From: the human T2T-CHM13v2.0 reference genome, Homo sapiens
Reading direction: 5' to 3' (one strand)
Length of the DNA: 64,000 bases
Assembly: GCF_009914755.1 (NCBI RefSeq)
Contig: NC_060931.1
In this document: positions 43,604 to 62,898 of the stretch, piece by piece
How the letters are laid out: every line of letters starts with the position of its first letter
Numbering within the stretch: position 1 is the stretch's first letter
Position numbers and translations under genes: made by a program
The notes under the pieces: model-generated
Database searches by the model: none
What the model was told of the DNA's origin: nothing
Seen by the model: the letters and a program-made list of their open reading frames with translations, nothing else

Positions 43604-43757
43604 TATGTTTTCTGTTGAGTCTGTAAAGACAAACTGACAATTCATTTAAGTCATTTGATAATGATTCTCTGCTGGTATATCTATTTAGTGTGGTATTGTA
43701 GTGCAAATGTACGTAATTCAAATCTAGTAAATATTTAAGTTCCTCACACTGTGCAGG

Positions 43758-44071
43758 CTTTTTTTTTTTTTTCTTTTTTTCTTTTTTTTGATACGGAGTT
43801 TCATTCTGTCACCAGGCTGGAGTTCAGTGGTGCGATCTCGGCTCACTGCAACCTCTGCCTCTCGGGTTCAAGTGATTATTCTCCTGCCTCAGCCTCCTGA
43901 GTAGCTGGGACTACAGGCACGCACCACAACACCCAGCTAATTTTTGTATTTTTAGTAGAGATGGGGTTTCATCATGTTGGCCAGGATGGTCTTGATCTCT
44001 TGACCTCGTGATCCGCCCACCTTGGCCTCCCAAAGTGCTGGGATTGCAGGGGTGAGCCACAGCACCCAGCC
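43758..44071 (-). mobile_element. Antisense Alu in the RSBN1L 3'UTR
   Basis: T tract followed by an antisense dimer. TSD-like tgcaggc. Confidence 0.95.
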
Positions 44072-45644
44072 TATGCAGGCATTTTTAACAACCAAGACTC
44101 AGTTAAGAAAGTGTGCATCTGCGTGTGTGTGAATGTGTATATATATGTATATATATATCATATTTCGCATAATTTTCTTAAATTGCTGAATAAGATCAAT
44201 ATGTGAAATTCCTTAGCCCTTCTCCCCAAAATACATTGAAAAAAGTTTTATATTAAACTATTAAGAAAGCAGTTTAGGTAATAGAAACAGTTTTAGAAAG
44301 TTGGGAGAAACAAGGTATGTTAATGATAACAAAGGCTTCTAACTAATAGTTACGTGGCCAGATTACATAGCCTACCATAGATTTTTTTTATTGTGTATGG
44401 GATGATAAGAAGTTTAGAGAATTTTCTTACTAGTAAGTACCTTTACTAAGTAATAGCTAAGTATAAAATCTTTAGTTACAGAAAGCTTGTGAGCAATTAA
44501 AATCCTTTTACATTTTTCTTGCAGAATGGGAGAAAAATATGGCAAATACAAAACTGTAAAATAAGGGCAATGACAATGACTCAACTGCCATATAGAGATA
44601 TAATTAACAAAATACTTTGTGGTACCTCTTATCTCTCAGGATCTCCTCCCTACCCTAGCAAGGCAAACAACTTGGAGTACTTCCTTTTCGAAAGAAGTTC
44701 TAGAAATTAAATTGAGGTAGGAGACGGATTGACAGTGCCTAACTAAAGATGAGTAAAACAGACCTCTTTAATGATAGACTCACTATTTGACACTGCTTCT
44801 ACTATTGTAATTAAAAATCAGAAGTCTTTGATGTATGCGTTGCTGTAAGAAACTCTGCTCATTGCAAATCTATTTTGTTTGTTTTTGGTATTATTCTGGG
44901 CACATACTTTGGTTGATGACTTTCAATTGGGGTTCTTTCTGCTGCCTTTTGGGTTACTGTTGGTATTTCCATTTCTGGCTTAATTTATGGTAACCATCAA
45001 AACTGCTTATATTTCTGGTTAGGGCGAAGCCATTTAGGAAGAAGCATTTCACCAGAACAAGTAAAAGTTAATTGCAGCAATGATGTCAGTTTTGGCCCCT
45101 AGTTTAATAAAAGGATAGGCAAATATCATAGGAAATCTTCATGGTTTGTAGGAAATCAGTGTTTGCAACGTAGGAAGTTTCATGGGATAGGGAAGGTATA
45201 AATCAAGATAGTAAGGGTTTTGTTTTATATGTCATTGTCTTACCATGCTCCCCACCTATTTAATCTTCTGTTTTAAGCTAAATTTATGGATTTGCACCTA
45301 CCTTTTTGAGTGGCAGAAGTTCTTAACAAACCAGTATTGAGAAATAAGAAGGGATGTAGTTAAAATGGTTTTCTGTTTCTCTTTAAAGTTGAAGAATGAT
45401 ATATTTAACAAGAGTTGTGTTTTATTTCCAGTTTTCCAGTAGCATATATGTAGATGCATTGAGGTCATACTGTGAGAAAATGTCTTTAGGGTATCCCTCC
45501 AAAATAGGAGCCTTAAACTTTTTAACTTAAAGGAAGGCATATCTAAAAACCATAGTGGTTGCTTTTAGGTATAGTTTCCTATATAACCTATAGTCAGACT
45601 TATCTATAATATGAAAATTTAATTGTTTTAAAAATGCATACATC

Positions 45645-46084
<440 letters not shown>

Positions 46085-46941
46085 CTACCTTTGTTACATG
46101 CAAAAATTTTCTATTTTAATATTGCATTATATTAATGGTTTCATAGTACATTCCAGTTCTTTATCTGAATACAAGCGTTTTGCTTTTATTTCCAGTTTCT
46201 TGGACCAGAACAATAAAATACATAAGACATCGTTTCTATATGGTCATATACTATATAGAATAAAGAATTGTTATGTAAATTATTAAATGAGTATACAGAC
46301 CTTTACATAAAAACTAAGGTACCTCAGTGGAATCTGCTACAGTGCTTCCCCCTCCCTACCCCTCCATTTTGTTTATAACCTTTTAGCTATCTAAATAATA
46401 CGTATTCCATACTCAGGATAGCTGGTTAGCTAGCAAAAGAATTAACATTTGTGATATTTACTTGCAAACTTTACTGAAGCCATATTCATTATCTTCCTTG
46501 TCACCAAGGCTGTTGACCTTAAATAAACATTAAGTTGATTTTGCACAACACTGTATTTGTGTGTGTGCATGTGCCTGTTTTTGTGTGTGTATGTTTGTGG
46601 GAAATAATTATGTTTGTTTCCGCATATATTCATTTTTAATGCATTCTGTAACTTTTCTCGAGTGGTGGTCATTGAGGGTAGGGAAGATTTTATTTTTTAA
46701 GTTGTCGTTAAGGTATTTCATTAGTGTTCCTGAGTGTAAAACAGTTTTTTCCCAAATACTTATGGCAGATAAGAGCATTTTTGTAAATAATAAACTAGCA
46801 CCGTTTGGGTAAATTTGCATTATTTTTTGGACAGGTTCATTGTCATGTAAAACAAATATCTCAAAATTCATTTTACATTTAGCAAAGGTGCAACATTTGT
46901 TTTTGGAGTTTGAGAGATATTTTCCTTGTCTTCCATCATTC

Positions 46942-46947
46942 AATAAA
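46942..46947 (+). terminator. RSBN1L: Distal poly(A) signal of RSBN1L
   Basis: AATAAA followed about 20 nt later by cagtctttttacttttgtaattattttctt. Confidence 0.7.
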
Positions 46948-47986
46948 TACTAAAATTGATAACCACAGTCTTTTTACTTTTGTAATTATTTTCTTAAAAT
47001 TGACATTTTAATCTTGTCAACTTTAAAAGTTCTTTTCTGTCTTCAGTAGAAACCGTAAAATCTTGAATTGACTCCAATTTGAATTTTTTTTTTACTCTAA
47101 AGCTAATTATCAAAAGTTGACTTACGCCAACAGAGACAGATATTGAGGATTATCTTAAACAAGGTCACTAAACTAGGTATGGGTGCTGGGAATGGTATGA
47201 TAAATACCTCTCTTGTCCTACTAGACATAATGATTTCTGTCCCAGGAAGGGAAGACAAAAGTGCCATTCTTTTCAAAATACTTTTAGGCTGCTAAAACAT
47301 GATGGGTTTTAGGTGTGGTAGAATAGATCTCACTCTTTCTCTTACTTGATGTAACTACATTTATATGTAAACAAAATTTTACTGGTTTTAGAATGCATTG
47401 CCTGTTTTATCAAAGAGTTATGTTTGAGGTTTGGCACTGACAGTACACTTCAGATATGATAATTAAGAGGACAACTCAGGAGAGCTTGTAAGTCCTTTTG
47501 TCTTCTGTCCTGGCTTTTCTTTTCTTTCTGTAACCCAGTACATACTACAGATGGAAATGATTGCTTTTTAGAACATCAAGCACACACAGCCTAAAAACAA
47601 AAATGTCTTTTCCTTGTAGCTTTATAGGCGTTGTATAGCAGTCATATCTCTGTTGAGAGAGCAGGGAAAGGAGGGGAAAACATCCTGCATTTCAGGTTAT
47701 CTTCACTTCCAGCTCTTCTTGGACTTCAGACCCAATCAGAGAATATGAATGAGCTGAGAACAAAATATGGTCTGGGCGAGTAGAATTTATGTTAACTAGA
47801 AATTAAAATTTATAACTTGTGTGTTTTATTACTATGATCTGCCTACTAAGAACTGCACTGTGAACATGTGAGAACTCGATCCTTCTGTACATTTTGAAAT
47901 TCAGAACTTACGCATCTATGTTGTTAGAATGTTAAATCTACACTTTTCTGTAAAGTTCATTGCTGTTGTACTACTTAAGACTACTT

Positions 47987-49551
<1,565 letters not shown>

Positions 49552-50061
49552 TCCTGTGTCCAATTTGTTATGAGATTGAGTCAATCCCAGAAATACTTAA
49601 AATTCATCTATTGCTCTCTTGTCACATCACAGTTATAGTAGATGTTCATCTCACCTGGATTCAAAATACCCTAAAGTGTTCTAGTCCTGTGCCCTTTCCC
49701 TCTTTATTCCATTCCATTCTTTGTGTTACCAACAGATTTAACCTTTCTAAAATATAGAATTATTATTCTTTGTAGAAGTACTCCTTGGCTTCTCCTTTGC
49801 TAAAGAATAAAGGTCAAATGCTTAGCATAGCACTGAAGAGCCTTTATTATTGGCCCTCCTTTTCCAGCTTCATGTAACACAATTTCTTCTATTTGATGTG
49901 ACCAGTTTTCCACTTTACCAGATGGCAGTCATTGCCATTTCCTTTGTGAACTTTTAAAATTCTTTTACTTTGCTGGGGAAGTAAATATGTGGAATACAAC
50001 ACAGTGAAATCTTATTTCTCTTTTCAAAACTCAGACATCATCTCCTGTACTGTCTTTACAG

Positions 50062-50387
50062 CAGTGGTCCCCAACCTTTATGGCACCAGGGACCAGTTTT
50101 GTGGAAGACAATTTTTCCACGGACAGGGGTTGGGTGGGGGATGGTTTCCACCTCAGATCATCAGGCATTAGATTTTCAGGAGCATGCAACCTAGATCTGA
50201 ACTGCATGTGCAGTTCACAGTAGGGTTTGCGCTCCTATGAGAATCTAATGATGCCACTGATCTGACAGGAGGTGGAGCTCAGGTGGTAATGCCCACTTGC
50301 ACCCCACTCACCTCCTGCTATGTTGCTTGGTTCCTAATAGGCCACGGGCTGGGACCAGTCTATGGCCCAGGGGGTTGGGGACCCCTG
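50062..50387 (+). mobile_element. MER1B-like hAT-Charlie element
   Basis: TIRs cagtggtccccaacc ... ggttggggacccctg. Perfect 8-bp TSD ctttacag. Confidence 0.9.
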
Positions 50388-50662
50388 CTTTACAGTACAG
50401 GGTTTTATAGGCTTTACAGGGCACATCTCCAACTGTCCCCTCACCCAGAAGTTGGTATAGACCCAAATCTGTCTGCTGCCCTCTGCTCAGAGCATTAAAT
50501 ATACATATTAAGTACATGTTGGACTGTAGCTAAACTATGAGCTAGAAGTTAGGAATTTTATCACTTTGCATCCCCAACACCTAATATGTTGTATACTTGG
50601 TGTTCCATAAATACTTGAAGGAACATATTGTACACTAGGGGTGGGGGAAAGTTAGGTAGGTT

Positions 50663-55015
<4,353 letters not shown>

Positions 55016-55660
55016 CCTTGTCATAGTTTCAAGTCTTATAAAAAGTTATTTTGTGCACAGGTTGCTTTTACTCAGATTGTTGATGACAAATCTTTTGCCC
55101 AAACCAGAGTGAGTTACATCCATGCTAACCTAGAAAAAATCGGCTTTGGTAAGAACCTCTGATGTTTAAGTTTCTTTCATGAGGCATTGTGTGTTTAATC
55201 TTAAAAAACGTCATTGGTAAATATCTCTGTAATACAAAGGAAGAATCCTATAACTAAAACCTAGGAAGGTATTTTTGTACAATACTAATTGTTTACATAT
55301 TAGTCCATTTGTTTTGATTTTTCTACCTGTAAGCATGATTTCTATCTTTAATGTCTTTCATTACGTAATGTTTTAATGTAACACACTGATGTGTGTATTG
55401 CACATATCCATGATAATTTATTGTGCTGCTTCAAGTGTTTATTTAGTGCGGCAGTTCTACTTTCTGGGAATCCTTCAGATGCTGTTAAAATTCATTGACG
55501 CTTGTGTAAACAGGTCGGTTATTGTGTTGCAGTTTACATACAATTCTTACTTAATCTCTCTCTTCCTTCCTCGTAGAACTGTTTGGGGGAGCAAGAGACC
55601 TGTTCTACCTTTCCTCTTAACGTCTCATACAGAATTCCATTATGCTTTTATTGCCTAGCA

Positions 55661-55970
55661 CAGGGGTCAGCAAATTACCTCCTGTAGGCCATATCTAACC
55701 TACCACCAGTTTTTCTATTGTGTGTGAGGCAAGAATGGTTTTTATGCCATTAAATGGTTGAAACAAAAGTAAAAATATTTTGTGATGTGAAAATCATTTG
55801 AAATTTAAATTTCATGTCCATAAATAAGGTTTTATTGGGATATAGCCATGGTCTGTGGCTGCTTTCTCTGCCATAAGGACTGAGTTCAGTAGTTGCAAAA
55901 GAAACCACATCACCTAAAAGCCTAAATATTTACTGAGAAGCCCTTTACAGAGAAATTTTGCTGACTCCTG
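55661..55970 (+). mobile_element. MER58(B)-like hAT-Charlie element
   Basis: TIRs caggggtcagcaaa ... tttgctgactcctg. TSD gcctagca / gcctagct. Confidence 0.85.
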
Positions 55971-56695
55971 GCCTAGCTGATTGTTTGCTGTGGTGCCATC
56001 CCTTCTTTTCCTTTTCCCTGTACTCCAAAATCCTCTTGGCTGGTTTCTTAGAGAGATGTAAGCTTTCTTCTACTTTGAATTTATTTAACGATAGATCCCA
56101 TAAACCAAAGTATGCATCTCTCAATTGAGTTAGAGGTATCTGATCAAGCCTGGAACATTCCGTTCCCAGTACTAACTGTTCTCAATCCTATTTTTACATA
56201 CTGAAAATACTAATTATTGTCAATTATAAGATGAAAACTTTGCAGTTGATTAGTTTTTATTTATTTAGCCTAGCTCTCTAGTTTCAAATGCCTAATGAGT
56301 TAAGCTGTATTAATCTGTTGTATTGTGAAACTTATGTTATCTGTCATTACAAGGGAGAACTAGACCTTCTGTATCAGTAGCCAGAAATCACTTTTTTGTT
56401 TGATTTTTTTAAAACGGAGAAAAAATCACTTTAGGTTTCTCTTAAAGCTAAAAGTGAGGGTTGCATAGGGTAAGAACAATCATCGTGCTTCAGGGTTATA
56501 AGACACTTCAACCTCTTTGGAATTTTTATAAGTACTGTCACCTCTGCTTCATTGGAATTGATTAGTACCTTGGGAGGGTGATAATATGCTTTCTCAATTC
56601 AAGACACTTCTAATTGTGAGGGGGCACTAATTCCTTGAGACCCCAGGACAATAGGTATATAAACTGGGCCTGTCCTGACAGAATCAGGATTATAG

Positions 56696-57583
<888 letters not shown>

Positions 57584-57672
57584 TAAAGGTTTTATATTTA
57601 GTTACTTTAGATATTGACCACATACAACAGATTATTCAAGAGTCATGTAGAAAAATGAGGTCCAAAACAAAC

Positions 57673-57678
57673 TTTATT
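57673..57678 (-). terminator. TMEM60: TMEM60 poly(A) signal
   Basis: tttatt on + (AATAAA on -), about 220 nt past the stop codon and preceded on - by TGTA. Confidence 0.8.
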
Positions 57679-57899
57679 TACATAGAGATAATAAGGATCT
57701 CAATAACTCAAATGCTGAATAATTAAGCTGTAGGTTGACTAGAAGTCCGTGATTCACCAATCTTGTTTTATGGAAGTAGTATAAAACTACATTTGGTATT
57801 TTCCCTCAGTTCTCTGGTATTCTTGAAGCTTGACAGATTCAGAACACTTTAATGGTAACTTGTTGAACAGCAATAGAAAGGAGATGATGTACTTAGAAG

Positions 57900-58301
57900 T
57901 CAGTCTCTCACAAAAAAGACATTATATCCGAGTTCTGTTAAAGCCCCAGCCAGCAAGGCCCATAAAGGAATGAAGACATAGGATAGATTCATGGTAGTAA
58001 ACTGTTCCAGTTTAGCACAGAGTGCGAGGCAGAAGGCTAATTTAAGTAACATTGCAATGAGGTACCAGGCTTTTTTTTTAATATTGTGTGATCCATGTCG
58101 AGGGTCAAAGCCAGACTTACACCGCCCAGCCATTTTCACAATCAGCAGGACAAGAAGGATAGTATCAAATATCCAGACTGGAATAAATATGAGGAACCAG
58201 TTCCAAGGTGCTTTCTCATCCAGTTTCAACACCAACATGATCAAGAAGAGTAGTGTGAAAAGCCAGGTGAGTAGTACTCTCTGAGCCAAGGACATTCTCA
58301 T
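57900..58301 (-). CDS. TMEM60: Transmembrane protein 60 (133 aa, about 4 TM helices, TMEM185/TMEM203-related family); CDS lies in a single exon
   Basis: Intact ORF MRMSLAQRVLLTWLFTLLFLIMLVLKLD...WNWFLIFIPVWIFD...YVFIPLW...FFVRD*. The LKLD and FIPxW motifs are characteristic of the family. Confidence 0.97.
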   Translation of the reverse strand: MRMSLAQRVLLTWLFTLLFLIMLVLKLDEKAPWNWFLIFIPVWIFDTILLVLLIVKMAGRCKSGFDPRHGSHNIKKKAWYLIAMLLKLAFCLALCAKLEQFTTMNLSYVFIPLWALLAGALTELGYNVFFVRD

Positions 58302-58351
58302 TTAAACAGTTTAAAGAGGCTGTTGCAGGATCGGAAAAAAGGAAATATACC
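58302..58351 (-). other. TMEM60: TMEM60 exon 2, 5'UTR portion and splice acceptor
   Basis: Minus strand reads ctttttctccttctcttAG|GGTATATTTCC, with the AG at 58353-58352. Confidence 0.85.
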
Positions 58352-58806
58352 CTAAGAGAAGGAGAAAAAGTCAAGATTGTTTTGATACCAGAAAAAAAGT
58401 ATCACTTCCATTCCTAATGAACAAAACTGGTTCTTTCCCAACTGACTTCCTAATTTTGAAAACATTCTACTATTCTTCCTTTCAAATCCTCTAAAACTTA
58501 GTGATCATTGACATTATATCCACCATTCCTTACAGCCCATGACAAAATACAATTTTTATTATATCTACTGTATAAGCTCTATTCAAAATGTCAGGTGATT
58601 CCTTTTCAGTGCTATCACTCGAGTCCAGGCACTTACAACTTTATTCCTGCACCTCAAAGATGTTCTTAATCTTCCTATACATTTGCAAATCTAATTTTTA
58701 ATTCAATTTCAAGGGGTACAAAGAAAAAAGCATTCAAAGTAGTGAAAAAGTGAAAGGTGGGTATCAAGCTGAGAAGAGAGAGAGTTTTAAAAGAAGGGAA
58801 TGGGAA

Positions 58807-60163
58807 GGGTGCGTGGCTCATGCCAGTAATCCCAGTATTTGGGGAGGAGAAGGCAGGCATATCATTTGAGCCCAAGAGCTCCAGACCAGCCAGGGCAAGA
58901 GTGAAACCCTGCCTCTACAAAAAATAAAAAAATTGGCAAGGCGTGGTGGTATGCACCTTGTAGTCGCAGCTACTGAGAGGCTAAAGTGGGAGGATTGCTT
59001 GAGTCCAGGAGGTCGAGGCCGCAGTGAGTGCCCCGTGAGATCATGCCACTACACTCCAGCCTGGGCAAAAGAGTGAGATGCTGTCTCAATCAGTCAATCC
59101 ATCAATAAAAGGAGGGAATGGTTAATAAAAATCACAAGAATATAAAGTAGAATTAATATTTTAGTGGCTGGGTGCAGTGGCTCACACCCACAGTCCCAAC
59201 ACTTTGGGACTCTAAGGCAGGTGCATCTCTTGAGCCCAGGAGTTCAAGACTAGTCTGGGCAACATGGCGAAACCCCGTCTCTACTAAAAATACAAAAAAT
59301 TTAGGTGCAGTAGCACGTGCCTGTATTCCCTGCTACTCGCGAGGCTGAAGTGGGAGAATCACCTGAACCCGGGAAGTTGAGGCTGCAGTGAGCCGTTGCA
59401 CACTGCACTCCAACCTGGGCGATGGGAGTGAGACCACTGTCTAAAAAAAAAGATTGTAAAGAGGTTGTTGGGCTATATAATATAAAAGGCACTGATAACA
59501 CTGGATTTTCATATAATTTGAAACATATTCTTAAATTCTCACTTATTTTCTCATAAAAATTCTTACAAATATCTTTCTTGGTATAATAGTTTTTTTCCTT
59601 TTAACAATAGTCTCACTGATTGGTGGTGTATATATGTATTTTTTTAAGCTACTTGTTATCCATTCAATAATCAGGACCACCTAATAAACTTTTGATGTTT
59701 TGTGATTATTAGATGCTAAATTTTGGGGGCTATTTCTTATATCACTATTCTGCCTCATTGATCTATATGTTTCTCTTTTGCACTAATACTATATGACTTA
59801 GTGTTGCTCTAGGAATGTATTAATATCTGGAAGGCCTAGTATCTACTCGTTGTTCTCTTTTCTAGAATTTTTTTTTTTTTTGAGACGGAGTCTCACTCTT
59901 GTCACTCAGGTTGGAGTGCAGTGGCACGATCTCAGGTCACTGCAGCCTCTGCCTCTCGGGTTCAAGTGATCCTCCCACTTAAGTTTCCCAAGTAGCTGGG
60001 ATTACAAGTGTGCGCCACCACGCCCAGCTAGTTTTTGTATTTTTAGTAGAGATGGGGTTTCACCATGTTGGCCAGGCTGATCTCGAACTCCTGACCTCAA
60101 GTGATCCACCCACCTCAGCCTCCCAAAGTGTTGGGATTACAGGTTTGAGCCACCACGCCGGCC
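58807..60163. mobile_element. Alus in the TMEM60 intron: 58807-59110 (+), 59166-59450 (+), 59868-60163 (-)
   Basis: Consensus matches. The last has TSD ctcttttctagaat. Confidence 0.9.
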
Positions 60164-62180
60164 TCTTTTCTAGAATATTTTCTATTTTGCCCTTACAGTT
60201 TTTCAATGCTAAATTTGCTGATTCTTGAAAACCTAGAATTTTGATTATGAATGCATAAAACTTAGCTTGGGATAGCATTTATTATATTTAATCTTCACAT
60301 ATAGGTTTATGATATGTTCCTCTACTTAAGTTTTTTATACCAACCTTTATGGCCACTTGGAAAAAGGATAAGTAGAATGGGAAATCAGAAGCCAGACTGC
60401 ATGCAGCTGGGTAAGGAGTTAACAGAAGACCAAGAAATGGAAACAATTGAGAACATTTTATTCCTTTGAGGCATTTGGAGAAGAGAAAAATGAAAGATAG
60501 GGTATATGAAACTGAAAGAAGAAATTTTCAGGAAAGGAAGAATTTATGACTATAAACAGAAATAAGCCAATGGGGAATGACACTGAAGATGAGAGAGGAT
60601 ACTTGATGGAAAGAGAAAAAGATCAGAAGGTGCTAGGGATAGGAACAAAAGCATGCGTGGTAGGAGGAAAGATGCAGGAAGATAACAGGGAAAAGGTGAA
60701 GGAACTGGCTAATTGAGCCAAATACCCTAGATTAGCGTGCTCAATTATATTTTAGAACTAACTTTGATGTACTGTGCAACATCTCTACTACTTTAAATAG
60801 TGGGTGGCTATCACAGTGCAAGAGGACACATCTGTTCTATTTCAACAGTTAAGTATGAGTCTCCTAACTCACCTCTTTTCCCTTATACCCATCTAGTGGC
60901 ACTTAAACTTGTTTACTTAATTGGCAAAGGCTTCATACTGCAGTAATTTTGCTTCTAAGGAGGCATTTTTCTGTGTTGGTTTCCTTTCCCGGCCAGAGGC
61001 TGCCATAGAGTGGGATGTGGGACTGAATTTGGAAGCAGGGTTGGAGGGGTGTGTGTTGATTAATAACCATGGATGGATTTCATCCCGTAAACTGCACAAT
61101 CCCCACCTCCAATCTATCAGGCCGTTTTTGTGAACCTCTGAAAAACGGTTTATGATTATACACTTGCTTAAACCTAACTGTTCCATCTGCTATCGGATAA
61201 GACAAGCTTCATTTTTTTCTTACATTTGGCTGCACTTACCACAGGTGCTTTAGGGCTGGAGGTGAAAGGATGCAAGTAACAATCTTATTGTGCCTACAAG
61301 ATTTATAATGTGGGATGCAACAAAATTCTGTTATGTTCTTGCACGGAAATACCCTCAATGGGGAAGCACTGCTGATACTTAAATGACGATTGAAGGATTG
61401 TACGCCTGTATGCTGAGCTACAACGATGACATACGATCCCAGTTTTACATTTACGTCTTCATCAATTTGAGCAGTCGTTATGTTTCCTACTATTCTCTCC
61501 ACAAGAAAGGGGGAGGTGCGTACTCCAAAAATGTGCTCAACTAAAATGTTTCCCATTTAAGGTGGTTATTTCTGGCACTAGGAAGACAGTTAAATATTTG
61601 TTAATGATTCCTTACTCATTTTTAAAACCTTCGGAGTTACCCCTGTATGGACATATATAGAGCCCCACCCACATAGCCCACGGCTGGGTATCAGCCCCCA
61701 TTTCCCTTCTCTCGCCACTGCCAGTAGTCTACCAAGTGAACCTGCCTCATCCCAAAGATAATTTTGCTTCATGAGCCCACATATTTATTCTTCTTCATAA
61801 TGAGTCGCTTTTGAAAAGCCCGTGCAGCAACAGCCTTGGCCAAAGGAACAGCGTTCTGCTTACAACTTAGCTCATCTGGGGGCCTATTTGCCCCTGGAAC
61901 TTCAGGACGCTCCTAAACTATACTTGCCCTTCTGCAAACACCGACAGTCGGCTCGCGGCGCCCCACCGGGACGCTCCCCTTTCATGGGCTGTAAGCCCAG
62001 CACATGCTGGAGTTTAACACGGTTCCTGCTGGATGCGCACAGAAGCCCTGGAGCCAAGCAGGCGTGTGCGCGTTTGGGGCTGGCTGTGTGATGGGTTGAG
62101 GGTCGGCCGCACAGCCCACGGAAGCATCAGGAGACCAGCGCCGGCGTACGGTGCGGGCTAGGGCAGAGCCCCAGACTCAC

Positions 62181-62360
62181 CTGGCAGCGCTGCCGGCCGG
62201 AAAGCGGAGAGGGACGCGAAGATCAGCAAATTCGCCAGTTTGGATCCTTGTCCTTTTCCGCCCTTTTCCCCCCATTAAATCCAGAACCCGTCACATGATA
62301 ATTAAGAAAAAACTTCAGTTCCGCCTCCTCAAACGACTGCGGTAGAGGATCTCTCAGTTC
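62181..62360 (-). other. TMEM60: TMEM60 exon 1 (5'UTR; 5' end approximate)
   Basis: Perfect minus-strand donor CAG|gtgagt at 62181/62180 inside the CpG island. Confidence 0.8.
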
Positions 62361-62699
62361 TACCTCAGTGCCGCGCCCACATCCGGGGCTGGTTCTCACC
62401 GCCCCTGAGCCTACCCTATAGGTAGAGAGGACGCCAATCTGGATTCAGAGGTCCCTTTTCCGCGGTAATTGGACCATTTGTCCGCCAGTGCAAACCAACC
62501 GACCTTTCCTTACTTTCGGGTTCGACAGAAAGGCGGCAATAAAAAGACCCATTGGTCCCGCCTCTCTACTGTCACGGGTTAGTAGGGAAGTCAGTCCAAG
62601 ATCAGCCTGGAGTTTCCGTGCTCCCATTGGGCCCACAGATGTTAATCAGAGCAGCCGGCGCTCAGCTCCGCCCTCTCGGGACGCCCCGCCCCTCCTCCC

Positions 62700-62898
62700 A
62701 TCCTCCCTGCCCGCGCGCAGTGACTGCAGGCTCCGGCGCAAAATCCTGCGGGAGAGGGGGTGGGGCAACCCTCTGGAGGCAGCGCGCCCGCGGGCAGCCT
62801 CGTTGTGGCTCCTTGGGCTCTGTTGGCGGCGGCGCTAGCTTCGGAGTCTCCCGCGCGCACCTCAGCCGCCTCCTAGCGGCGCGGCGCTCGCTCCTACG
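62700..62898 (+). other. PHTF2: PHTF2 non-coding exon 1 (start approximate)
   Basis: GC-rich, ATG-free segment ending at donor ACG|gtaaga (62899). Gene identity rests on the recalled head-to-head TMEM60/PHTF2 arrangement; no PHTF2 coding sequence is in the window. Confidence 0.7.

Noticed and set aside
57991-58284. 97-aa + strand ORF antisense to TMEM60
   Set aside because: Shadow frame of a real CDS, with no supporting promoter or splice evidence.
60917-61556. ORFs of 89 and 106 aa on the - strand in the TMEM60 intron
   Set aside because: No recognisable homology or motifs and no clear exon boundaries. Lengths are compatible with chance.
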